From positions 1-64,000 of IMG/VR virus record IMGVR_UViG_3300020419_001178: a DNA stretch of 64,000 bases, one strand, 5' to 3'. Positions 48,020 to 56,679 of this stretch are shown piece after piece (position 1 is the first letter of the stretch; every line of letters starts with the position of its first letter). Below the pieces are notes generated by a model that had not been told where the DNA came from, did no database searches, and saw nothing but the letters and a program-made list of their open reading frames with translations. The position numbers were made by a program, and so were the translations under genes. The DNA comes from a virus.

Positions 48020-49530
48020 ACATATATTCAGTAGCTTTAAATATTCATGACCATAATACATACGACGGAACATTTCACAACCAAGTTGAGAGACATAACA
48101 GGATTAAACATAATCTAAATTATGAATGGTCACATGACCCTAGTCCTAGTAAAAAATTTTTTAATGAACATGTATTAGACAAATTTAAAAGTAGAGACGA
48201 AAATAATATATTTGCATTCACAGTATCTAACTTAGGCCAAGAATTTGTAACAGATTTAATTGATGAAAACTTTCCAAATAAAGACTTTTTAAAATTTAAA
48301 CCCAAAAGTTTATGGGAACCATTTCATAACGAGTTTGTTTACTACATTGACCATCATCAATCACATGCTACCTATGCCTTTCTTACTTCGGGATATCCAG
48401 AATCTGATATACTTGCTATAGATGGAAGAGGTTGGCAATTTAATTGTATTTTTATAGGAAAAGATGGTATTATAAAAGACCTATCAAAAAAGATTCCTAT
48501 TGGAGGACTATGGAATAGATTAGCTCAAGACATAGGGTTTAAGTATCTTGACGCAGGCAAAGTAATGGGATTAGCAGGATACGGAAAGTATAATTATCAG
48601 ACAGATGCTATGATTGAAACTTATTTAATGAATCCTAATCATACACTACCTAGTTTTGCTACTGAAGTAATTAAAAATAATAAAAGAGAAGATATAGCTT
48701 ATACATTACAGTTTAAAACTATAGAACTTATAAAAAAGTACGTGTATCCACTTAAGACTTGTGATAATATTTGTGTAGCGGGCGGAGTAGCATACAATGG
48801 TTACATGAACGAAGAACTGACAAAGCACTATAAAAATGTACACATTCCTCCAGCTATAGGAGATGAAGGTCAGGCCTTAGGCACTTATATGCATGCCGAC
48901 TATTATCTAAATGATAATATACATAAGCCTAGTGTGTTTTCTGGCAAGGAACATGTTATAGATACAAATCTGTTTACAGGAATGAGCTTTGAAAAATGGC
49001 CATTTGAAAAATTAGTAAGTATGGTAGCAGAAGAAATTGCTAACGGTAAAATAGTAGGATGGTATCAAGGAAAATCTGAAAGTGGAAATAGAGCTTTAGG
49101 TAATAGAAGCATACTAGCCGATCCACGCAATCCTAATATAAAAGATATCATAAACAGTAAAATTAAGAAACGCGAAGACTTTAGACCATTTGCTCCTAGT
49201 GTTTTAGAAGAACATTATCAAGAATATTTTGACACCAGTCAACCTAGTCCATACATGTCTAGAATTATGCCAGTCAAAGTAGATACAGTACCTGGAATTA
49301 CACATGTAGATGGTACTGCTAGAATACAAACAGTGAATAGATCATTCAATAAACGATATTATGACTTAATTACTGCTTTTTATAAACATACAGGAATACC
49401 TATGCTTTTGAACACCAGTTTTAATTGCCAGGAACCTATAGTAGAAACACCAGCAGATGCTTTACGTACTTTTAAAAATTGTGGTTTAGACTTATTAGTA
49501 TTAGGAGATTATTTAATATGGAAGTTATAA
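48016..49530 (+). CDS. carbamoyltransferase (NodU/CmcH family)
   Basis: DHHQSHA, IDGRG, AGKVMGLAGYG, AGGVAYN, GD.G.ALG, RALGNRSILADP, KKREDFRPFAPS, HVDGTARIQ, LNTSFN. Confidence 0.93.
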   Translation: MNIYSVALNIHDHNTYDGTFHNQVERHNRIKHNLNYEWSHDPSPSKKFFNEHVLDKFKSRDENNIFAFTVSNLGQEFVTDLIDENFPNKDFLKFKPKSLWEPFHNEFVYYIDHHQSHATYAFLTSGYPESDILAIDGRGWQFNCIFIGKDGIIKDLSKKIPIGGLWNRLAQDIGFKYLDAGKVMGLAGYGKYNYQTDAMIETYLMNPNHTLPSFATEVIKNNKREDIAYTLQFKTIELIKKYVYPLKTCDNICVAGGVAYNGYMNEELTKHYKNVHIPPAIGDEGQALGTYMHADYYLNDNIHKPSVFSGKEHVIDTNLFTGMSFEKWPFEKLVSMVAEEIANGKIVGWYQGKSESGNRALGNRSILADPRNPNIKDIINSKIKKREDFRPFAPSVLEEHYQEYFDTSQPSPYMSRIMPVKVDTVPGITHVDGTARIQTVNRSFNKRYYDLITAFYKHTGIPMLLNTSFNCQEPIVETPADALRTFKNCGLDLLVLGDYLIWKL

Positions 49531-50162
49531 ATGAAAACTATTGGAAAGTATGGTGGGAAGCTATACAACACAGTCATGAGATAAAAGATATACTTTACAG
49601 CGTTGGTCCTGATCAAATGGATTCAAAAGTTCATCTTGTTGATAGTATTCCGTTAGATGAAATGAAAAAGTTTAACGATTTAAAAATACACTTATATGGT
49701 GGTTGGTATGGATATCCTCTAATTAATCTTTTACTTAATAAATTTTTAAATATAGAACATATAACAAATATAGACTTAGACGAAAAAGCATTAGATCTAT
49801 CAAGAAAATACACCCACGCTATGAGCTTAGAGAACAAAGTCTTTTTTAAACACAGAGATGTTAAAGATAAAATAGAAACATCTTACTATAAAGACAAAGA
49901 TGTAAGATTAGTTATTAATACATCAAGCGAACACATGGCAGATCTGCCTGATTTAATAGCAAATAAAGATTACACTCCTAATTGTGTATTTGCTTTACAA
50001 AGTAATAATATGTTTCATGTAAAAGATCAACATATAAACTGTTCAAATAATTTAGATGAATTCGTAAGTAAAACTGGGCTTACTAAGATATGGTTTGCTG
50101 ACACTTACAAAATGTCAAACGGATATGAAAGATATACTGTTATTGGCAATCATCGAACTTAG
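49518..50162 (+). CDS. putative SAM-dependent methyltransferase-like protein
   Basis: LYGGWYG, NIDLD, VINTSSEH, LQSNN, H.NC. Confidence 0.6.
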   Translation: MEVINENYWKVWWEAIQHSHEIKDILYSVGPDQMDSKVHLVDSIPLDEMKKFNDLKIHLYGGWYGYPLINLLLNKFLNIEHITNIDLDEKALDLSRKYTHAMSLENKVFFKHRDVKDKIETSYYKDKDVRLVINTSSEHMADLPDLIANKDYTPNCVFALQSNNMFHVKDQHINCSNNLDEFVSKTGLTKIWFADTYKMSNGYERYTVIGNHRT

Positions 50163-50829
50163 ATTTTAACCAATCAAAATCATTTATTAACCGAAGATCA
50201 GACCCCCTAGAAAAGCCAAACTCCATACCAGCATTAGCACCTCGAATCGCATCTTCACGAAATCTTCCATTACCTGTTGTGGTCCATACTTTAAGTCTTT
50301 CATTAGTTTCTCCTTCTTGTTGTCTATCTATCACTTTACTACTTAATTTAGCACATTCTCTAAAAGCACTTTTCCATGTATTAAATGAATCAGTATCGAA
50401 AGCTGTTATGTTACTTACTTGATCAAATACAATGAAGTTGTCTGAAATGCTTGTTGTCATATCATAACTGTTTACATCCATATTCTTTGTTAAGTTTGTT
50501 GGAAGTAACTTGACTCCACCGTAACCATAAGTAAGATTGTTTACAGGATTCATACTTTTGTATACATGAACAATATTTTCAATTTTTGAAGTTACAAAAT
50601 AATTAAACATAAAGTCTTCTGTAATTACTGCGTCACCATCTACTACAAAAAAATATCTTGTATTAGCTTTTTTAGCCGCTTCTATATGAGCTTTGTGTAT
50701 TCCTTTAACCCCGTCTATCCTTTTAACTCTATCTCCAAAAACTCCTGACGTATTAAATCTATTATACAAATCATTATAATTTTTATCTGCGTGAGGCTCG
50801 TTATAACTTATAAAAACTATATCATGCAT
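50140..50829 (-). CDS. GT-A-like glycosyltransferase
   Basis: DIVFISYNEP, GVKGIH.AH, VVDGD (DxD), YGYGGVKL, WKSAFREC.KL. Confidence 0.7.
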   Translation of the reverse strand: MHDIVFISYNEPHADKNYNDLYNRFNTSGVFGDRVKRIDGVKGIHKAHIEAAKKANTRYFFVVDGDAVITEDFMFNYFVTSKIENIVHVYKSMNPVNNLTYGYGGVKLLPTNLTKNMDVNSYDMTTSISDNFIVFDQVSNITAFDTDSFNTWKSAFRECAKLSSKVIDRQQEGETNERLKVWTTTGNGRFREDAIRGANAGMEFGFSRGSDLRLINDFDWLKSKFDDCQ

Positions 50830-52186
50830 TTTTTATTTCCTTGTAAAATTCTTTGTATTCTGGAAATGTTTTTACAAAATTTAGATCTCTTCTTTTGTCA
50901 TATTCATTAACAAATTTGTAAAACAACTTTTGTGATTGTCTTTGCTCTTCTTTAAATTCTTTGTTTTTAAATCTATACAAAACGTCAGCTATAATTCTTT
51001 TTAGCTTGGCTGTTTCTATATCTCCAAAGCCACCAAGATTAGTATTTTCAATCATAAAATCTACTGCTGGAATTAAATGTGTTTTAACCAATTCTTCACT
51101 TGCTACTTTTACATCTAAAAATCCAGGATTACGCACATACGGAATATCAACCTTTATTCTATGATCTTCTCGGTGTTTCCTATAATATGTAGTTTTAAGA
51201 TGTAATATCCAGATTAAAAAATTTTTAAATGTTGGTAAACTTAAAATATTAAAGGCACTCATAAAGCTGATTCTACTGTTTGTATTCCTAGCAAAATATT
51301 CAATATTATCCTTAAACAAATACCAATCCATACCATAACGACTATATTCTGCTTGAGCTCCACTGCTTTCCGCACTTGTAAATAACGTAAACTGTTTAAT
51401 ACTTTTTTTATTTTCTAATTCATTAATACTTTTAGTAAATTTTTTCCATAAATCTTTTGGAGGACATCCATTAGAATTAATAGCAAAATCCAAATGCGGT
51501 TGTGGATTTTCAATCAAATAATTAATAACCTTTTGTGTATGCTTACTCAACAATGGTTCACCACCTGTGATCCTAAAAACTTTCATATGTTTTACTGCTT
51601 CAGGAAACCATTTCCAAAATGCTTCTATATAAGGATTGTGTTCTCTTTCGAGTATTTGTACTTCTTCAGGATCTATAGCATTATATTTCCATATTCCTAA
51701 ATCGTAATGTCCTTCTTGTTTTACTTCTTCTGCCCATTTACTGCTAAAGGCAGGCCCACAGTAAGAACATTTAAAATTACATACATTGCTAAAACTTATT
51801 TCAACATATCTAGGATAAAAGTCTTCATGACCTGTTGAGTTAGAGATACTATCAAAATCATCCCAACTAAAGTGATCAGCACTTTTGTATATTCTATCAC
51901 TAAATTTATCGGTGTTATCTTCAATTCTCCAACAGTAATCACATTCCTCAGGACGTTCATTATTGAGCATTCTACGTCTTGTATTTTTTTTAAACTCTGT
52001 ATTATGTAAAACGTTTGGATTATTTTTTAAATCATCTAAAGGAATCTTGTGAGCTTTGACATGATGACAACTATGGTTTATTCCTGACCCTAAGTGTATG
52101 GTTACCTGTGTCCATTTTGCTAAACAAAATCCACAACCTACTTCATTAAGTTTATCTTTTACTTCAGCCGGATTAGCTCTTATCAT
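50822..52186 (-). CDS. radical SAM enzyme with N-terminal SPASM/twitch-like Cys domain
   Basis: CLAKW..SCHH..CDYCW, then CNFKCSYC, ITGGEP, INSN. Confidence 0.85.
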   Translation of the reverse strand: MIRANPAEVKDKLNEVGCGFCLAKWTQVTIHLGSGINHSCHHVKAHKIPLDDLKNNPNVLHNTEFKKNTRRRMLNNERPEECDYCWRIEDNTDKFSDRIYKSADHFSWDDFDSISNSTGHEDFYPRYVEISFSNVCNFKCSYCGPAFSSKWAEEVKQEGHYDLGIWKYNAIDPEEVQILEREHNPYIEAFWKWFPEAVKHMKVFRITGGEPLLSKHTQKVINYLIENPQPHLDFAINSNGCPPKDLWKKFTKSINELENKKSIKQFTLFTSAESSGAQAEYSRYGMDWYLFKDNIEYFARNTNSRISFMSAFNILSLPTFKNFLIWILHLKTTYYRKHREDHRIKVDIPYVRNPGFLDVKVASEELVKTHLIPAVDFMIENTNLGGFGDIETAKLKRIIADVLYRFKNKEFKEEQRQSQKLFYKFVNEYDKRRDLNFVKTFPEYKEFYKEIKNA

Positions 52187-53082
52187 GATATAAATGATCT
52201 ACCATAATTTTGATTGACAGTTTTAAAAAATGTGCTTTGTTCTTCGTTTAACTGTAATACAGAAATAGGTAGCTGTAGTTGATTTATCAATTCAGTTCCT
52301 AAATTCCATATTTCGTTGTGTAGAATATCACCAGGTAACTCATCTCGGTTACCCCAAATTTCTTCTAAATGGTCGAAGTCTCTTACATTTATATAATCCC
52401 AGTCTGTGAGTAATGTCATTTGTAAGCCTTCTCTTGCTCCGTATATTGCCCAATCTCCGTTTTCAACATCACTACCAACCATAGTCCAGATGTAAAGCAT
52501 GTTTAAGTTCTTTGGATGACCTTGTAAAAATTGTTCATGTGTAGGTCTTACTCCTCTATCTGTAGCTAATTTTACTCCTTCTCTAAATCCTGCTCTCCAT
52601 GCTTGTTTAGGAGTAGTGTTGTTATGTGTCAAACTAAAACAGCTATTCTGTTGGATATATCGTGCGTCCCAACAAAAATCTACCTTAGCATGGATATTAT
52701 CAGGATCAGCATTTTCATGTGTTTTCATGTTTAGAACATATTCTTTAGGCCAGCACTTTAGACCTCCGTTTCCATACATCAGTCCATTAATAACATTTTT
52801 GCCACACCAGCTTATAACACTATTAGACAAGTTTTCATTCTCTTCAAGGTCTATTACTTGATCTAAAAATTCTTGCTTTATAGTATTATCGCCATCTACA
52901 GTTATAAATCTATCAGTTTCACTTAATTTAGCACAGGCTTTATGTGCCGCATCGGACCCTTTTATCCCATGTACACGTTTGGCCCAAGGAACCTTGGTCA
53001 ATAAGTCTGCGTAATTTTTTTCAGCATTTGGTTCATCATAACTTAAAAAAATTATATCTAGTTCTGCTATTTTAATTTTCAT
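52183..53082 (-). CDS. GT-A-like glycosyltransferase (paralogue of 50140-50829)
   Basis: DIIFLSYDEP, GIKGSDAAH, TVDGD, YGNGGLKCW, AWRAGFREG.KL. Confidence 0.7.
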   Translation of the reverse strand: MKIKIAELDIIFLSYDEPNAEKNYADLLTKVPWAKRVHGIKGSDAAHKACAKLSETDRFITVDGDNTIKQEFLDQVIDLEENENLSNSVISWCGKNVINGLMYGNGGLKCWPKEYVLNMKTHENADPDNIHAKVDFCWDARYIQQNSCFSLTHNNTTPKQAWRAGFREGVKLATDRGVRPTHEQFLQGHPKNLNMLYIWTMVGSDVENGDWAIYGAREGLQMTLLTDWDYINVRDFDHLEEIWGNRDELPGDILHNEIWNLGTELINQLQLPISVLQLNEEQSTFFKTVNQNYGRSFIS

Positions 53083-53249
53083 AAATCACCTCTTATCACA
53101 CTATCTCCAAACATTAAATATATTAACGTTTCGTATTTTTCGTCTATTTCAACCCATAATTCTCCTACGAATTCATTTGTAAAAGCTCTACAAGGAAATG
53201 CTTTTTGAATTCCGTAATATGGTCCAAGATGTTTACAAATAATTTTCAT
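53079..53249 (-). CDS. 56-aa hypothetical protein (not in ORF track)
   Basis: MKIICKHLGPYYGIQKAFPCRAFTNEFVGELWVEIDEKYETLIYLMFGDSVIRGDL*; fills the gap and is ATGA-coupled to the next gene. Confidence 0.5.
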   Translation of the reverse strand: MKIICKHLGPYYGIQKAFPCRAFTNEFVGELWVEIDEKYETLIYLMFGDSVIRGDL

Positions 53250-53760
53250 TAGTTTCTCTGGTTACACAATCAGCGAATACATTTTTTGTATATACGCTGT
53301 AAGTTTCAATGTTATTGAAAGGAAACATTTCTTTTGATCCTATCTTAAAAGTAAAAGTATTTAACAAGTAATGTGGGTCTCCTTTTTTTGTAACATAAAA
53401 AGTTATTTCATTTAAGTTCTTTGGTGTGTCTAATGTTTTAACATAACACTTGTTCCTACTTCTATCAACAACAAATTCTATGTCATGGAATTCATCTTTG
53501 GGTTTATATAATTCATTAAGCAAAAAAGTCTGTTGTTCTTGATCAACATTTTTCTTTAATTCAAAGGATTTATTTCTTTTATTATACTGGACTGCCCAAT
53601 TTATAAAATTCTCTTTAAGCGTTTGAAATGGTTTAGCTTGATCATCAGTAATTTCAATATGTTCATAATTAGAATTAATATTAGGACCTATACTAAAAAT
53701 TTCTCCGCTTTCCTTATTGAAGCAAACGTATTGTTGTGTTTTCACTTTGATATCAGCCAT
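53233..53760 (-). CDS. hypothetical protein
   Basis: 175 aa, FYVTKKGDPH motif. Confidence 0.65.
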   Translation of the reverse strand: MADIKVKTQQYVCFNKESGEIFSIGPNINSNYEHIEITDDQAKPFQTLKENFINWAVQYNKRNKSFELKKNVDQEQQTFLLNELYKPKDEFHDIEFVVDRSRNKCYVKTLDTPKNLNEITFYVTKKGDPHYLLNTFTFKIGSKEMFPFNNIETYSVYTKNVFADCVTRETNENYL

Positions 53761-54553
53761 ATGCTTTTTCTAACCTTTCACAAAAGCTATTTTCAGTATA
53801 ATGTAATATTCCATGTTGTAAATAGTTACCTATCTTAAGTTGCTTATCATTGTTAAAATAATAGGGTATAGATTCAGTCCAATCTTGTTGTGCTACTTGC
53901 CAATCCTGTACTTGCGACTTCATATGAACAAAACTTGCGGGAGCAAATATATAATTTTCTATATTCTCGTCTAATAAAGTAATGGCATGATTAAGATCCA
54001 TACTGCTAACCTTAGGAGTTAGTTTCGGAGTATATATTTTGTAATAATCTTTATAATTTCTACAAACATGTTCTAGTTTTAAGTAATATTTCAAAGCTAC
54101 ATCATTTTGTTGGAAGTAATGAAAAGCACAGTATACATTAGGAATATTATTTTCAACAAATGTTTTCCTATAATAGTTGTTTGTTACTAATTTGTTTTTA
54201 TATGTTCTAACATTACTTGTAAAACATACGTCATAATTACTCAAATAATTCCACCAATGGCTAATATCGCTTAAGAATAGCATGTCCGTATCTAGTAATA
54301 CTGTTTCTTTGTAAGGTGTACTGTGAAAAGCCTTCCATCTAATATCTGTTCTATAAAAATCAACTTTATTTCTATCCGAAATTGGAATATCTATAATTTT
54401 ATCAAATACATCCGTATATTCATCTGGAACCTTATCTCCAGTTAGTAGAGAAACATTGTTAATTGTTTGGGTATGTTTAATACTTTTAGCACAAAGGTAA
54501 GCCTGTTTTATATATTCAGTACCTGTCGCTATAATTATATAACCTTTAGACAT
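53753..54553 (-). CDS. GT8-like glycosyltransferase
   Basis: KGYIIIA, TPYKETVLLDTDML (DxD), FVHMK. Confidence 0.72.
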   Translation of the reverse strand: MSKGYIIIATGTEYIKQAYLCAKSIKHTQTINNVSLLTGDKVPDEYTDVFDKIIDIPISDRNKVDFYRTDIRWKAFHSTPYKETVLLDTDMLFLSDISHWWNYLSNYDVCFTSNVRTYKNKLVTNNYYRKTFVENNIPNVYCAFHYFQQNDVALKYYLKLEHVCRNYKDYYKIYTPKLTPKVSSMDLNHAITLLDENIENYIFAPASFVHMKSQVQDWQVAQQDWTESIPYYFNNDKQLKIGNYLQHGILHYTENSFCERLEKAYG

Positions 54554-55376
54554 TCAAATGTCTTTCCAAACTAAACTTATTCATCACATGAATATTCATA
54601 TCTTTGACAGTAGATAGTATGTACTCATTTGTTATATTTTGTTTTTGCGTCAAAAATGTTAAAGTGTCATCTTTAATCTTATGTAATACATCTCTATCTA
54701 ATGTGTAATACATTTTTCCAGGTAGTGACTTTGTCCAGGAACCTTCTTCAAATCCATTCATAATGTGTATACCTATACTAAAAAGATGATCATTTCTAAA
54801 ATTGCGACTTCCTAAATCGTACACATCACTATAGTATTTCCAATTATCGTAAAGATGTTTTAACAGATCAAAAAATATCTTGTTTTCTTTACTCTTAGTA
54901 AAATAAAAACAAGTAGCCCAATAGAAAGGAATTCCTTTATCGTTTATATAATCAAATTCACTGTAGTTTCTCCATTGGCATAAGTCTACTCCGTGTTTGT
55001 AAATCTGAAAATCATAATCTAAGTCAAAAGCATGTTTAAAATTATCATTACAAATTATATAATCTGTATCTAATACTAATGTTTTGTCATATGGGCTTAG
55101 ATAATACGCATTATGTCTTTCGTTATTTTTAAAATGTAGGCTTTGAGAATAACCAAACCCGTCATTATATCGTTTTTGATTATCCTGTGCGTCATTTATT
55201 GTTATAATTTTATCAAAGACATCGTGATACTGTAAATCTATTTTATCAAATGTAGATGTTACTAAAGACACAGGTAAATTTAAATGCCTTTTTGAACGAT
55301 AGGCAAGTTCTATTGCTTGTTTTATATAATCAATAGAACCATTATTGTTAGCAAAACAGATAATTCCATTAGACAT
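54546..55376 (-). CDS. GT8-like glycosyltransferase (paralogue)
   Basis: SPYDKTLVLDTDY, WAT.FYF, FRND, HVMNK. Confidence 0.72.
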   Translation of the reverse strand: MSNGIICFANNNGSIDYIKQAIELAYRSKRHLNLPVSLVTSTFDKIDLQYHDVFDKIITINDAQDNQKRYNDGFGYSQSLHFKNNERHNAYYLSPYDKTLVLDTDYIICNDNFKHAFDLDYDFQIYKHGVDLCQWRNYSEFDYINDKGIPFYWATCFYFTKSKENKIFFDLLKHLYDNWKYYSDVYDLGSRNFRNDHLFSIGIHIMNGFEEGSWTKSLPGKMYYTLDRDVLHKIKDDTLTFLTQKQNITNEYILSTVKDMNIHVMNKFSLERHLNV

Positions 55377-55713
55377 CTACTAAACCTTTTACACTACGTC
55401 TAGTACTAAGAATCTTATAATCTTCGTTATACTGATTTGTTGCTTCAGTGTATTTCTGAATCAATGCCTCAGTAAAATCATTAAGGTCATTAATCTCAAT
55501 AGGAGTTTGGTTATCATCAACTATAATAGTTTTAGTAGTTTTATTTAAAAGCATAGAACAGAAGTTTAACATCTCTCTGTTTGCTGTAAACGTTCCACCA
55601 AGATAGTAAATAATTAGGTTTTCTTGATACTTTTCGGACAGAATTCTCTTTTGATTATTCAGTGTTACAGAATAATTCGAAAACTCTAACGCTTTTTCAA
55701 GAGATTCTTCCAT
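55369..55713 (-). CDS. conserved hypothetical phage protein
   Basis: AGGAG RBS with ATTAAATA box at 55740-55747; 114 aa. Confidence 0.7.
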   Translation of the reverse strand: MEESLEKALEFSNYSVTLNNQKRILSEKYQENLIIYYLGGTFTANREMLNFCSMLLNKTTKTIIVDDNQTPIEINDLNDFTEALIQKYTEATNQYNEDYKILSTRRSVKGLVDV

Positions 55714-55748
55714 AATTATACTCCTAGTTAATGTATAACTATTTAATC

Positions 55749-56663
55749 TTACAGAGCGTTGGTGGTATTGAAAGTTGGCGCCGGTATATTGACGCTGTTA
55801 ATGTTATTTGGTCTGTTTTGTTGTGCTGTGCTTGACGTTGTTGCTGTTACTGCCTCATCAAAATTTGGATTTGGACCTTTATCTTCATTAAATGTAACTT
55901 TGAAATATAAAACAGCCGAACTTTTGTATGCCTCTATTAAATAATCATTGGCACTATACGCACTTGCTGTTTTATTAAAAATGGTTACATAAGATCCTGG
56001 CAAATTGTTATAACCATAACTAGTTCCAACCGAACCGTTACTTGTAGAACTCCTACCAAAAACCACTGTACCAACTGATGACATCAAACTTCGCCAGTCA
56101 TTGTTAATTGGAGTATTTCCCGATCCAATTACACCACTTAAATTAATAGTTCCGCCAGCATTAAAAAATATTCGCATATGATCAATACCACTAATCGTAG
56201 TTTGACTTCCATCTCCGTTAGTAACAGAGTATCCACCGAATGTAACAGTAAAATAATGATCAATATCAGTTGACCAAGATGCTGATCTTGAACTTGTTAC
56301 TCCTGATTCTAATCCTAATTGGCTTGCCGCAACACTTAATCTAGATGCCTGTGCTGTAATACTTAATGATTCGTACTGAGCATATCCTTCTTTTGATGTT
56401 GCGTTAGAATCTTCAACTGTATCGCCTACTGAAGGAGGAGCAACCTCGCTTGGTAAACTTCCTGTTTGGTGAATTCTAATTTTTGTCAGGTCTGTGTCTA
56501 GGTTGACCATATCTTGAGCTGTAACTGTGTTACCTACTACAACAGTTTGACTGGTTACTGCTTGTCCGTATCCTTCGTCTCCTGCTCCTAATCCTAAAAC
56601 TGCCGCTACTCTTGCTCTAATATTGTTATATCGTGCCGCGGTAATTGTATCGCCTACTGCCAT
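55749..56663 (-). CDS. virion structural protein (tail/baseplate-associated)
   Basis: Ser/Thr/Gly-rich; G..ITA..YN, GYGQ, HQTG, FFNAGG motifs; within the fibre operon. Confidence 0.7.
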   Translation of the reverse strand: MAVGDTITAARYNNIRARVAAVLGLGAGDEGYGQAVTSQTVVVGNTVTAQDMVNLDTDLTKIRIHQTGSLPSEVAPPSVGDTVEDSNATSKEGYAQYESLSITAQASRLSVAASQLGLESGVTSSRSASWSTDIDHYFTVTFGGYSVTNGDGSQTTISGIDHMRIFFNAGGTINLSGVIGSGNTPINNDWRSLMSSVGTVVFGRSSTSNGSVGTSYGYNNLPGSYVTIFNKTASAYSANDYLIEAYKSSAVLYFKVTFNEDKGPNPNFDEAVTATTSSTAQQNRPNNINSVNIPAPTFNTTNAL

Positions 56664-56679
56664 TTTACTTCCTTATATT

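Noticed and set aside
33525-55713. RiPP cluster with a dedicated precursor peptide
   Set aside because: No convincing leader/core precursor, peptidase or transporter found. The 56-aa and 85-aa ORFs do not look like precursors, so structural proteins or glycans are the likelier substrates.
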